Origin: Bdellovibrionales bacterium
Lineage (GTDB): Bacteria > Bdellovibrionota > Bdellovibrionia > Bdellovibrionales > JAGQZY01
DNA length: 64,000 bases
Assembly (NCBI GenBank): GCA_019750295.1
Contig: JAIEOS010000048.1
Coordinates: forward strand, 68,467 to 132,466
Reading direction: 5' to 3'
Below the pieces are notes generated by a model. It was not told where the DNA came from and ran no database searches. It saw only the letters and a program-made list of their open reading frames with translations. How positions within the stretch are numbered: the first letter of the stretch is position 1; every line of letters begins with the position of its first letter. Shown here piece by piece: positions 35,519 through 45,148 of this stretch. A program made the position numbers and the translations under genes.

Positions 35519-36990
35519 TGGCTCATCTTCCCCCCGATCTCGAAAAAGCGAGAGTAAAAATTCTAGAATTTGCAAAAAAATACGGCCTCGATTGCTATGA
35601 GACGATATTCGAGCTGATCACTTACGATCAAATGAGTCAGTTCGCCGCCTACGGGGGTTTTCCCGTGAGATATCCACACTGGCGTTTTGGAATGGAGTAC
35701 GAAAGACTTTCCAAGAGTTACGAGTACGGGCTCTCTAAAATCTACGAAATGGTAATTAACAACGATCCTTGCTATGCCTATCTTATGGAGGGGAACCGCC
35801 CGGTAGATCAAAAATTAGTGATGGCACACGTTTACGGTCACTGTGATTTCTTTAAGAATAATAAGTGGTTTGCTCCTACCGATCGAAAAATGATGGACAC
35901 AATGGCAAACCATGCCACGCGAATCCGTCGCTACATTGATCGGTACGGCTTGGATGAGGTCGAAACTTTTATCGATCAATGTCTTAGTTTAGAAAATTTA
36001 ATTGATCGTTATAGTCCGTACAATCCAACTCCGAATTCTAAAAAGGCCGAAACCGACGAAACTCGTCGTTCTTCTCTTTTATCGGGTGGAAAAGAATTTA
36101 TGGATGAGTACATCAACTCGACGGCCCGCTACCAACACGAAGAAGAGGTGGCGAAAGAAAAAGAAATTTCCGAGATGGCCAAGTTCCCCGAACGCCCCGA
36201 GCGCGATGTGCTCTTGTTTTTGATGAGCCACGCTCCGCTTAAGAACTGGCAGCAAGACGTATTATCCATCGTCCGCGCCGAAGCTTACTATTACGCACCC
36301 CAAGGAATGACAAAAATCATGAACGAAGGCTGGGCTTCTTACTGGCATTCAAAAATGATGACTGAAAAAATTTTAGATGATAGCGAAGTGATCGATTACG
36401 CTGATGCGTGTGCGGGGACCTTAGCGATGTCCCCCACAAGTTTTAACCCCTATAAAGTTGGGATTGAGCTTTTCCGCGATATCGAAGAGCGTTGGAATAA
36501 AGGACAATTCGGTCGAGAGTGGAACGAGTGTGCGGATGTGGAGATGAAGCGCCGCTGGAATCGAGAGACCAATCAGGGTCGAGAAAAGATTTTTCAGGTA
36601 CGACGCGATTACAATGACGTCACATTTATCGACGAATTCCTTACGGCTGAGTTTTGTATAAAAAATAAAATGTTCGTTTATAAGTTCAATCAAAGAACCG
36701 GTCAGTACGAGGTCGACACTCGCCAGTTCGAAACGGTCAAGAAGCAGCTTTTGTTTCAATTGACCAACTTCGGGCAGCCGATTATTCACGTGGAAAACGC
36801 GAACTATAAAAATCGCGGTGAACTGCTTCTCAAGCACCTTTTCGAAGGTGTAGAAATGCAGCAGAACTACATGGAAGAAACGCTTAAGAATTTACACAAG
36901 ATTTGGAAGCGTCCGGTGCATATCATGACTAATTCCGACGGGAAAGACCTCGTCGTCGGTTTCGATGGTAAAGAATTTTCTCAGACATAG
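35518..36990 (+). CDS. spoVR: SpoVR family protein
   Basis: 490 aa, with blocks YGGFPVRYPHWRFGMEYE and VMAHVYGHCDFFKNN. It is the third member of the prkA/DUF444/spoVR triad. TAATG junction with the preceding gene (1-nt overlap). Confidence 0.92.
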   Translation: MAHLPPDLEKARVKILEFAKKYGLDCYETIFELITYDQMSQFAAYGGFPVRYPHWRFGMEYERLSKSYEYGLSKIYEMVINNDPCYAYLMEGNRPVDQKLVMAHVYGHCDFFKNNKWFAPTDRKMMDTMANHATRIRRYIDRYGLDEVETFIDQCLSLENLIDRYSPYNPTPNSKKAETDETRRSSLLSGGKEFMDEYINSTARYQHEEEVAKEKEISEMAKFPERPERDVLLFLMSHAPLKNWQQDVLSIVRAEAYYYAPQGMTKIMNEGWASYWHSKMMTEKILDDSEVIDYADACAGTLAMSPTSFNPYKVGIELFRDIEERWNKGQFGREWNECADVEMKRRWNRETNQGREKIFQVRRDYNDVTFIDEFLTAEFCIKNKMFVYKFNQRTGQYEVDTRQFETVKKQLLFQLTNFGQPIIHVENANYKNRGELLLKHLFEGVEMQQNYMEETLKNLHKIWKRPVHIMTNSDGKDLVVGFDGKEFSQT

Positions 36991-37200
36991 AAAAAACAAT
37001 CGGTCACTTGGAGACCGTTCATAGAATCCATTAATTTTTGAACTTCCTCTTTAGACAATGCCTCCCGCGCCAGCGGCATTCGATGTAGGATTGGTAGCCC
37101 AAATTTGTATCAACGATGGATTCCTGTGCCCCCTTAGGTCTTATGATTAAAGTATTGCAAGGGAGCTGCCACAAGATGTGATTTCAAGAAATTTCCCGAA

Positions 37201-37833
37201 TTAACGGGGGCCGGTGGAGACTTCGCGTTCCGCTGCGTTTACACCTGCACCATAATATAGAATCTGTTGGAAAATTTGCGAGGCGTTGGATTTGACGCTA
37301 ATAATTGCCGGTTCGAAGGGAGCTTTAGGATCACTCATAAGAGCTTGAAATGCTTTACTATGACTGGTGAGCAGCGCTCGAGTGTTCTCCTTTGAATTCG
37401 TCCACTCACGGGAGTCGATAAGGTTCGAATCGCCAATCAACATAGAAATGATAGAGCGACGAATGGAACTCATCGCCGCATTAATCACGACGGCTGGGAT
37501 ACCATCCTTGTTAAGGATTAAACAGTTGGTTTTCTCAGAGCCATTGCACTCGATGATCGAATACTGATTTTCACAATCTAAAAGAAGAATACGACCAGCT
37601 TCGGTGCGTAAAGCTCCTCCGTTGGGTGAATTCTTGCCTCGGCACAAGGGGTTGGGGTGGGCTACCTTTCGGAAATAAACCGTTTTGAGGACTTCGTCCT
37701 TCTTTCCGTCGTCGGCATTTTGCATTGTTGTGACCAACAGGTCGTCGGAATAGATAGAGGTCATTTTGGAGGAGCTGGCTAAACTATAGACACTCCAAAC
37801 AATTAATGCGAAAAAGAGGGAACAAGGCTTCAT
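37201..37833 (-). CDS. secreted hypothetical protein
   Basis: 210 aa with signal peptide MKPCSLFFALIVWSVYSLASS and several Cys. No family recognised. Confidence 0.55.
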   Translation of the reverse strand: MKPCSLFFALIVWSVYSLASSSKMTSIYSDDLLVTTMQNADDGKKDEVLKTVYFRKVAHPNPLCRGKNSPNGGALRTEAGRILLLDCENQYSIIECNGSEKTNCLILNKDGIPAVVINAAMSSIRRSIISMLIGDSNLIDSREWTNSKENTRALLTSHSKAFQALMSDPKAPFEPAIISVKSNASQIFQQILYYGAGVNAAEREVSTGPR

Positions 37834-37954
37834 TAAGACATCCTTTATATTGTTAGAGTTTTAAAGAGCAAGAGCCGTGCCCGATGCGTTTTTCTTTGTA
37901 GATATTTTCTGAAGGAAGTCGCAACTTGTCGCTCCCCCAAAAATCTTTTATATC

Positions 37955-39133
37955 ATGGGCATGTCAGACAAATTTCAAGGTACAATTCGCGACATTTCGG
38001 CGCAGGGACTAGGGGTGGTCGATCACCCCGATGGTCGCGTATTCTTCGTGCGGGGAGGATGGCCGGGAGATCAGGGTGAATTTATGATTGAGTCGGTGGA
38101 GAAGCGCTATGGCTTCGCTCGTATCTCTCATCTTGAAAGAGCTTCCGCGGATCGCACGGATATTCCGTGTGTTCACTCAGGAACGGGTATGGGAGAATGT
38201 GGCGGTTGTCCCTGGATGGGGATTCAATACGACAAGCAGCTTGAACAAAAACAAAAAATGATCGCTTACTTGTTAAAGCGCATGGGCGCCGAGTCCGAAG
38301 GCGTCACGCAACTTAAGCCCATCTTGCCTTCGTCAAAGATATTTGGTTATCGCAATCGAGCCGAGTTTAAAACCGATAGCGAAAGAATAGGCTATGTTTC
38401 GCCGGGAACTAGGTCCTTAGCTCCCATCAACAACTGCATTATTGTTTCGGAAAAAAACCAACAGCTCTTTCGGCAAATCAAGGCACAGCTTCCGCGGAAA
38501 GATTGGTTGCCCAGCGAAGGCTACTTATGGAACTTTATTCAGATTGACGAATGGATGGTTATAGATGACGTTAAATTGAACAAACGACGTCCCTTTCGGC
38601 AAGCCAACTCTCAGCAAAACGAAATGATGAGGGAGTGGTTGCGCGAAAAATTAAAAAGCGAAAATCGTGAAACTTGCGTCGTTGAATTATTTTGTGGTTC
38701 TGGAAATTTTACGAAAGTGTTGGTCGAAGAGGGCTTTCGAAATATTCACGCCGTCGAGGGGGTAGAGGTATCGATCCAAAAATTACGGGAGAAAAACTGG
38801 ATCGGAGTTCGGGGATATGTTGCCAATCTTTTCTCTCCGAGTGATTGGAAAAAAGTGCTGCCCCACTGCCTGGATGCAGAAGTACTCATTTTAGACCCTC
38901 CTCGGGATGGCTTTAAACGTCTCCACGAGTTTATTAAAAAGTTTAAGCGACTCCGTCGGATCCTCTACATCTCTTGTGAGACGAGTCAAATGGCTTCTGA
39001 GATTCGCGAAATTAAAAAGTACGGATGGGTTCTCAAAGACATCCAGCCTGTGGATCAGTTTCCGCACACCCCCCACATCGAAACTTTGAGCGAAATTGTT
39101 CGCGAAAAGTGCCGAAACCCCGCCGTCGAATAG
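37955..39133 (+). CDS. 23S rRNA (uracil-5-)-methyltransferase, RumA/RlmD family
   Basis: It has a TRAM-like N-terminus and a Cys cluster, CVHSGTGMGECGGCPW plus a later Cys, consistent with a 4Fe-4S site. The SAM motif is LFCGSGNFT, followed by DPPRDG and YISCE. Confidence 0.82.
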   Translation: MGMSDKFQGTIRDISAQGLGVVDHPDGRVFFVRGGWPGDQGEFMIESVEKRYGFARISHLERASADRTDIPCVHSGTGMGECGGCPWMGIQYDKQLEQKQKMIAYLLKRMGAESEGVTQLKPILPSSKIFGYRNRAEFKTDSERIGYVSPGTRSLAPINNCIIVSEKNQQLFRQIKAQLPRKDWLPSEGYLWNFIQIDEWMVIDDVKLNKRRPFRQANSQQNEMMREWLREKLKSENRETCVVELFCGSGNFTKVLVEEGFRNIHAVEGVEVSIQKLREKNWIGVRGYVANLFSPSDWKKVLPHCLDAEVLILDPPRDGFKRLHEFIKKFKRLRRILYISCETSQMASEIREIKKYGWVLKDIQPVDQFPHTPHIETLSEIVREKCRNPAVE

Positions 39134-39172
39134 GCGTTGCCTTTTCGGTGAGAGATCGGTTAGACAGGGATC

Positions 39173-40333
39173 ATGTCCATTAAAAAAGAAGATACATTTC
39201 AGCTCATGGAGCAGGGGAGCACTCGACCTCTAAAAGCTATCGTGAGCGATCTTAAGACAAAAGGCCTTACACATCTTGATCTCTGCCACTATATCGCAGA
39301 ATTTATCACCCGGCGCCCATTGATCACCCAAGTTTACCGACTGAATCGCCAGTCTAAAATCCTGCAGTTTAAAAAAGAATATGGCCCAATGTCGGACACT
39401 TCGATTTTGACCGATCTTGTGAATACCGCTGAAAATGAAAATACCTTCGCCTATAAACTTATTTCTTTGTTCGAACAAGAGTACGGGGACATTCGAGATG
39501 TCTTTATATTTATCATCATGCAGAGAAACGAAAACCGCATTGGTTACTTTAAAAAGCTTGTAGAGTCGATGAGCCTTAGGTTTGATCGTCCCGAATGGCT
39601 CGATAAACCTAAAACCATGTTTGATGGTTCGTTTTTAGCGGCTCTCCAACAACTTAAAGCCCAGGGTATTCCATTGCAGGAGGTCGGCGGTCGAACGAAC
39701 ACACTCCTCAAACTTTATGACTGGTGTTTCGATGACGAGTTCAAAGCCGACACTGGATTTGGCGAAGTGATAGAATCAAAATATGACGTCTGTTACGATT
39801 TAGGAGGCGGATTTACAACGCCGTACCTCAACGAAAGATTTAAAAAGAATTTTATCTGTCTTGATATTTACGACCCAAGAACTTTTGAACAAGATCATCA
39901 ATATCTCGAAAAAATATATCGAGAGTCCGATATGGAGTATAAACCTAATGAGATTTCATTTGAGTATTTTGATGTTTTTAAAAATGATTATCCTCTCCAC
40001 TTTGAAAAATACTTAATAGCTTCCTTTGGTTTTTTAAGCTCAACCATCGCGAATCTAACTCCAGATGCCGGGGGTCCCAAAGTCTTCAGCACAACTTATG
40101 CCGCTATCGAAGGTATCTCTCGCCTTATTTTGGCGGGCAAGGAGCTGACACTTTGTAGTTATAGTCGACCCTCCTACGCCAAATTTTCGAGCCGTTGCTT
40201 TACGCTCAAGTTTAAAGAGGAGCGTTTAGTCATGGCCAAGAGTATGACTCAGGACTGTCATCGGGATATTGGCTTGAGTCGAACAGGTCACAAGCGCCTC
40301 AAGAAATTTTTGAGAGCCGTTGAATTTTCTTAG
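39173..40333 (+). CDS. hypothetical protein with a possible class-I methyltransferase-like C-terminal half
   Basis: 386 aa. VCYDLGGGFTTPYL resembles SAM motif I, and FICLDIYDP resembles motif II. AGGGA lies upstream of the ATG. It is co-oriented 40 nt after the RumA-like gene. Confidence 0.55.
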   Translation: MSIKKEDTFQLMEQGSTRPLKAIVSDLKTKGLTHLDLCHYIAEFITRRPLITQVYRLNRQSKILQFKKEYGPMSDTSILTDLVNTAENENTFAYKLISLFEQEYGDIRDVFIFIIMQRNENRIGYFKKLVESMSLRFDRPEWLDKPKTMFDGSFLAALQQLKAQGIPLQEVGGRTNTLLKLYDWCFDDEFKADTGFGEVIESKYDVCYDLGGGFTTPYLNERFKKNFICLDIYDPRTFEQDHQYLEKIYRESDMEYKPNEISFEYFDVFKNDYPLHFEKYLIASFGFLSSTIANLTPDAGGPKVFSTTYAAIEGISRLILAGKELTLCSYSRPSYAKFSSRCFTLKFKEERLVMAKSMTQDCHRDIGLSRTGHKRLKKFLRAVEFS

Positions 40334-40473
40334 GCCCACCAGTTCTCCTAAAATGTCACCACAAAGCACCATTCGGTGTGTGAGGCTTGCCATCCACTGG
40401 ATCCCCAGTGCAATAATATGCCGGTTGATTTAGAACGTTTAAAAGTTTAGCTCTTTGGAGCGACGGGAGTTTT

Positions 40474-40863
40474 ATGAATATTTCTAGTTTTTTAATAGCT
40501 TTGTTTATGCCAGCGGTTTTGATGGCGCAGACCGTGGACCTTAAAGACATAGGGAATAATACCGAAGAGCGCACTACCATCGACATCCGCAAAGGTAAGC
40601 CAGTTTCCGATGTTCCCAAGATCGTTTGGGAAACTCAAGACGGTACGGCTGACATCGAAGGCGATGATCAGACCTCGAGCAAGGAAGCCAAGGCCGAGTG
40701 GAAAAAAGCGTGCGACGCTTGGAAAAAAGAATTTCGCGCTGACAATAAAGATAACAAAATTATTAGCATGAATTGCGGTAAACAAGAGTGCGCCAATGAT
40801 TTGGGTAAGCACACATGTAAATCGACGGCCGCTTACAAGATCAAAGTGAAGTCCGAAGAGTAA
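40474..40863 (+). CDS. small secreted Lys-rich protein, hypothetical
   Basis: 129 aa with signal peptide MNISSFLIALFMPAVLMAQ. GGGAG lies upstream of the ATG, and there are four Cys. I prefer it to the mirror ORF on the opposite strand. Confidence 0.6.
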   Translation: MNISSFLIALFMPAVLMAQTVDLKDIGNNTEERTTIDIRKGKPVSDVPKIVWETQDGTADIEGDDQTSSKEAKAEWKKACDAWKKEFRADNKDNKIISMNCGKQECANDLGKHTCKSTAAYKIKVKSEE

Positions 40864-41071
40864 TTCGAAGAATTCTTTGTAACTCGTCACCCCTCCTTAT
40901 GGGGAGGGGGATGGCACACGTTTCAAAGCGAGACGTTACTAGACTCGATACACTCATATCACCGTGTCTATCTTGGAGACAGGCAAAAGAGCCTAGACGC
41001 TTTCTATTGCTTCCTATCCCCGAAATTTTGGCCTTTTTTTTGTATTCATAAGTTTGATACGGGGGTCTCGC

Positions 41072-41752
41072 ATGTTTAAACTTAAAGTTCAATTTTCTTC
41101 GACCATTTTTTCTATCGTATGTTTAAGTGCCTCTATGAGTTTTATAGTCGGTTGTAATAAGGCAGAGGTCTCTAACCACGAAATCTCTCGTTCTTATGAG
41201 GGCCAGTGGGTCGAAAAGGTAACGTATGACGCTCTCATCACCTCCAGAGCATCCGTGCCTTGGGAAACTGATTGTGCTCAGACTTCTCTCAAGGGGGCGC
41301 AGGCTCTCCGAATAGATATTATCAAGGTGAATGCGACCGGTCGAGTCGAGCGCGCCACGCAGATCACTCCGCAATCCAGTCTAGCATATAGTCACTTTGG
41401 AGATGTGGATGGCCAGGGAGTATTTATTTACACGACCGAAGCCAATCCGGCCAATCCCGCTTTTTTTTCAAGCGATATCGAAATTCAGAAACATGATGTT
41501 AGATTTTCTGTAAGCGAAAGCCAACTCACTGTGAGCAGCGACCTTCGAGTGAAAGCAAATGGGGCAGAAAAAACTTTCGAAGACGTCGATCAATTCACAA
41601 AAGTCTCTGATCAGGAATTTACAAAACTTCTTGAGCGCGTTCGTTCGTGCTTACGTTCCGGGCTTATCGAACAAGAAAATCAGCGGCAACAACCTCCCGA
41701 TCAGCAACAGCCCCAACAACGTCCGCAGGCCTCTGATTTGCGGGAAGCTTAG
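41072..41752 (+). CDS. lipoprotein with a Gln/Pro-rich C-terminal tail, hypothetical
   Basis: I place the start at ATG 41072, with GGGGG upstream. The lipobox is FIVGC. The tail is QRQQPPDQQQPQQRPQ. Confidence 0.6.
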   Translation: MFKLKVQFSSTIFSIVCLSASMSFIVGCNKAEVSNHEISRSYEGQWVEKVTYDALITSRASVPWETDCAQTSLKGAQALRIDIIKVNATGRVERATQITPQSSLAYSHFGDVDGQGVFIYTTEANPANPAFFSSDIEIQKHDVRFSVSESQLTVSSDLRVKANGAEKTFEDVDQFTKVSDQEFTKLLERVRSCLRSGLIEQENQRQQPPDQQQPQQRPQASDLREA

Positions 41753-41922
41753 TTTTAAAAATCATCCAGCTTTGGAGCAGAGTCTTTGCTCCTCTTACTC
41801 AATCGGACCAACATGAGCCCATGTTAAAGGATGTTCTCGGTCCTCATAGTGCTCGAAATCTAAAATATCTTTTTATTCATTTGGGAATAGTTTAATTAAG
41901 ACGGTGGCTTTTTTAAAAGCTG

Positions 41923-41992
41923 TCGTCATTCTGAAGTTCAGCGAGAGTACTTGTGGGATTCACAAGAATCTTCGCTGCGCTCAGAATGACGA
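41923..41992. repeat. inverted doublet of the dispersed 27-nt element (imperfect hairpin)
   Basis: The left arm is CGTCATTCTGAAGTTCAGCGAGAGTACTTGTG (41924..41955), the spacer is GGATT, and the right arm is CACAAGAATCTTCGCTGCGCTCAGAATGACG (41961..41991). It lies 20 nt beyond the glnA stop. Confidence 0.75.
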
Positions 41993-42012
41993 GTTCGGGC
42001 CAGTCTTTCATA

Positions 42013-43425
42013 CTACAGGTCGTAGTAAAGATTAAACTCGTAAGGAGTTGGGCGCTGTTGCATCGGTAAAACTTCTTTTTCCATTTTGTAATGGATCCAG
42101 TTCTGAATAAAGTCTTTACTGAAAACTTCGCCTCTCAAAAGGAAGTCGTGCTTTTGAGTTAAGTTACTTAAAGTTTGATCTAAAGTTCCTGGGATCGACG
42201 GAACTTTTGCGGCTTCCTGCGGAGGAAGCCCGTAGATGTCTTTATCGAGCGGATCTCCGGGATGAATTTTGTTTTGGATTCCATCGATACCTGCCATCAA
42301 CAAAGCTGCAAATGAGAGATAAGGATTCGATCCGGAGTCAGGAGTTCTAAACTCAACCCGCTTCGCTTTGGGATTGTCACCCGTATTCGGAATGCGGATC
42401 GCTGCGGAACGGTTTTTAAAGCTGTAAGCCAACTTGATGGGAGCTTCAAATCCCGGAACCAAGCGCTTGTACGAATTCGTGAGAGGATTTGTAAATGCGC
42501 AAAGAGAAGGTGCGTGTTTTAAAATTCCACCGATAAAGAAAAGAGCGGTTTCGGAGAGTCCCGCATACTGATTGCCGGCAAAAAGGTTTTTTCCACCCTT
42601 CCACAGCGACATATGAACGTGCTGTCCGGATCCATTATCACCAAACAAAGGCTTTGGCATAAATGTCGCCGTTTTATTGTGTCGGCGAGCGACGTTTTTC
42701 ACAATGTACTTAAACCACTGAAGTGTATCCGCGGATTTTACAAGTTCGTCGAACTGATAATTAATTTCGCCTTGAGACGCGGCGACTTCGTAATGGTGTC
42801 TCTCAACCACAACACCGATTTTATCAAGCTCTAAGCAAACTTCGGTGCGGATGTCGTGATGAGTATCAATCGGCATCGCTGCAAAGTAACCTTCTTTGTG
42901 GCGAGGTTTGTAGGCTAGATTACTTCCACCCTCGTCACGGCCGCTGTTCCAACCCGCCGCCGAAGAATCAATCTTATAGAATCCGCCGTGAGACGTTTGT
43001 TCAAAACGAACGTCGTCGAAAATAAAAAATTCCGCTTCGGGACCGAAGTAAGCCACATCGGCAATGCCGGTGGAGCTGAGATAAGCCAAGGCTTTTTTTG
43101 CGATCTGACGGGGATCACGGTCATAAGGAGTTAAAGTTTCGGGAAGGACGACATCACATAATAAAGAGACAGTAGGGACCTGTGCGAAGGCATCCATTTT
43201 TGCCGTTGAAGGATCTGGCATTAATACCATGTCCGATTCGTTGATCGCGCGCCATCCGCGGCAGGAGGATCCATCAAATCCCATTCCCTCTTCGAAGACA
43301 TCCGCCTTCAATTTATATAAGGGAATCGTTAAGTGTTGCCATGTGCCCAACATATCCGTGAACTTGAGGTCCACCATTTGAGCTCCATGTTTATAGGCAT
43401 AATCTATGGCTTCTTGTGCGTTCAT
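42013..43425 (-). CDS. glnA: glutamine synthetase, type I
   Basis: 470 aa. GS-I blocks are present (FDGSSCRGW, GSGQHVHMSLWK, NSYKRLVPGFEAP), with a Tyr in NLYYDL near the C-terminus. Confidence 0.97.
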   Translation of the reverse strand: MNAQEAIDYAYKHGAQMVDLKFTDMLGTWQHLTIPLYKLKADVFEEGMGFDGSSCRGWRAINESDMVLMPDPSTAKMDAFAQVPTVSLLCDVVLPETLTPYDRDPRQIAKKALAYLSSTGIADVAYFGPEAEFFIFDDVRFEQTSHGGFYKIDSSAAGWNSGRDEGGSNLAYKPRHKEGYFAAMPIDTHHDIRTEVCLELDKIGVVVERHHYEVAASQGEINYQFDELVKSADTLQWFKYIVKNVARRHNKTATFMPKPLFGDNGSGQHVHMSLWKGGKNLFAGNQYAGLSETALFFIGGILKHAPSLCAFTNPLTNSYKRLVPGFEAPIKLAYSFKNRSAAIRIPNTGDNPKAKRVEFRTPDSGSNPYLSFAALLMAGIDGIQNKIHPGDPLDKDIYGLPPQEAAKVPSIPGTLDQTLSNLTQKHDFLLRGEVFSKDFIQNWIHYKMEKEVLPMQQRPTPYEFNLYYDL

Positions 43426-43460
43426 GTCCCGTCTCCTCGTAAATGTTTTAACTTAAACGT

Positions 43461-43979
<519 letters not shown>

Positions 43980-44009
43980 TTAAAAAAACTGGTAACTTTA
44001 AGGGTGGGT

Positions 44010-44591
44010 ATGGGATTTAAATTCTTTCTCTATGGCGTTTATGATGAGGGACAGAAGTGTCACTCTCGTTTTCAGAATCTGATTTCTTCTCAACAAAAAG
44101 CACAGGTCCGCGGAACTCTTTATCAATTGTCGTGCGGCTTAACTCTTTTACAGCCTGAGGGTGATGCCCTCGTTTCTGGTCTCTTGGTCGATTTAAATAT
44201 TAACGAGTCTCATTGGCCCTATTTGGACGCAATGAATGGTTATAACGAATGCAGTCCTAAGAAAAGCTTCCTTTTGCGAAAAACCGTCGAAGTGATCTTG
44301 GCGGACGGGTCTTCGATTCAGGCTCAAACCTATTGTATTAACGACGATAAAAAAACTTCGGCGAAACCGGTGACAGAGCCGATGGCGGTCCCTCAAAAAG
44401 AGATTCTGATCGATCGTCTGACCGATCGCCAGCAGCTTTATATTCGAAAACTTTCGCAGGCGAAGGGACGTGAAATCGTTCCGGTGGATATGGCTCTTTA
44501 TCGAGAGCTGATGTCCCTAGAGTTGATCGTTGATAAAGGTCGTCGTCTGGCACTGACTTCCTTAGGCCAAGAAGTGAGCTTATTTTTATAA
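44010..44591 (+). CDS. gamma-glutamylcyclotransferase (AIG2/GGACT)-like protein with a C-terminal extension
   Basis: The N-terminal pattern FFLYGVYDEGQKCHSRF...VRGTLYQL...VSGLLVDL resembles the GGACT fold. The ~70-aa C-terminal tail is unassigned. Confidence 0.4.
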   Translation: MGFKFFLYGVYDEGQKCHSRFQNLISSQQKAQVRGTLYQLSCGLTLLQPEGDALVSGLLVDLNINESHWPYLDAMNGYNECSPKKSFLLRKTVEVILADGSSIQAQTYCINDDKKTSAKPVTEPMAVPQKEILIDRLTDRQQLYIRKLSQAKGREIVPVDMALYRELMSLELIVDKGRRLALTSLGQEVSLFL

Positions 44592-45071
44592 ATGCCGATC
44601 TCTCCGCAAGACGCTCTTTTTAATGTTGTTCTTGTGGAGCCGGAAATTCACCACAACACAGGTAACATCGGTCGTACATGTGTGGGTATGAATTGCCATT
44701 TACATCTTGTGCATCCCCTCGGCTTCTCAATGGATGACAAACATCTTCGTCGAGCGGGACTGGATTACTGGCCGCAACTCTTGATGACTCAGCACGATAA
44801 TTTTGCGCAATGGGAAAGCTCTCGCCCGAGTGGGGCAAGATGTTATTTTTTTTCGACCAAAGCGGAGAAAAGTTTTTTCGATGTGGAATATCGAAAGGGA
44901 GATTTTCTTGTCTTTGGACCTGAAACACGCGGCTTATCCGCGCCTGTTCTCGAAAAATACTCATCTCAGCTTGTCAAACTGCCCATGGTAGGTCCCACTC
45001 GAAGTTTAAACTTGTCGAATGCGGTTGCCGCCGCTGTCTATGAAGCCTTTCGGCAGATCCGGCCTTGCTAA
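44592..45071 (+). CDS. trmL: tRNA (cytidine/uridine-2'-O-)-methyltransferase TrmL (SpoU/TrmH family)
   Basis: 159 aa. VVLVEPEIHHNTGNIGRTC...LHLVHPLGF...LRRAGLDYW and SLNLSNAVAAAVYEA match the TrmL pattern. Confidence 0.88.
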   Translation: MPISPQDALFNVVLVEPEIHHNTGNIGRTCVGMNCHLHLVHPLGFSMDDKHLRRAGLDYWPQLLMTQHDNFAQWESSRPSGARCYFFSTKAEKSFFDVEYRKGDFLVFGPETRGLSAPVLEKYSSQLVKLPMVGPTRSLNLSNAVAAAVYEAFRQIRPC

Positions 45072-45148
45072 AAAATTAATACTCCTCAACTTGATCAAAA
45101 GGGTGAGCTCACCTACACTAAACCCTTGTCACTCAAAGGTGGATTTGC

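Noticed and set aside
37422-37431. GGTTCGAATC, a tRNA T-arm-like word
   Set aside because: It lies inside the 37201..37833 coding region with no acceptor or anticodon stems around it. I saw no tRNA anywhere in the window.
40492-40890. 132-aa minus-strand ORF almost coextensive with the 129-aa plus-strand ORF
   Set aside because: The plus-strand ORF has an SD (GGGAG) and a clean signal peptide. The minus-strand one has neither and looks like a mirror ORF.
40885-40909. Hairpin CCCCTCC-TTATGG-GGAGGGG after the 40474..40863 gene as a terminator
   Set aside because: The 7-bp stem is real, but no U-tract follows and the sequence is SD/anti-SD-like low complexity. I did not list it as a feature.
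45103-45114. 12-bp perfect palindrome GGTGAGCTCACC upstream of secA
   Set aside because: It is short enough to arise by chance and contains a SacI-type hexamer palindrome. It recurs nowhere else in the window, and no known site matches it.
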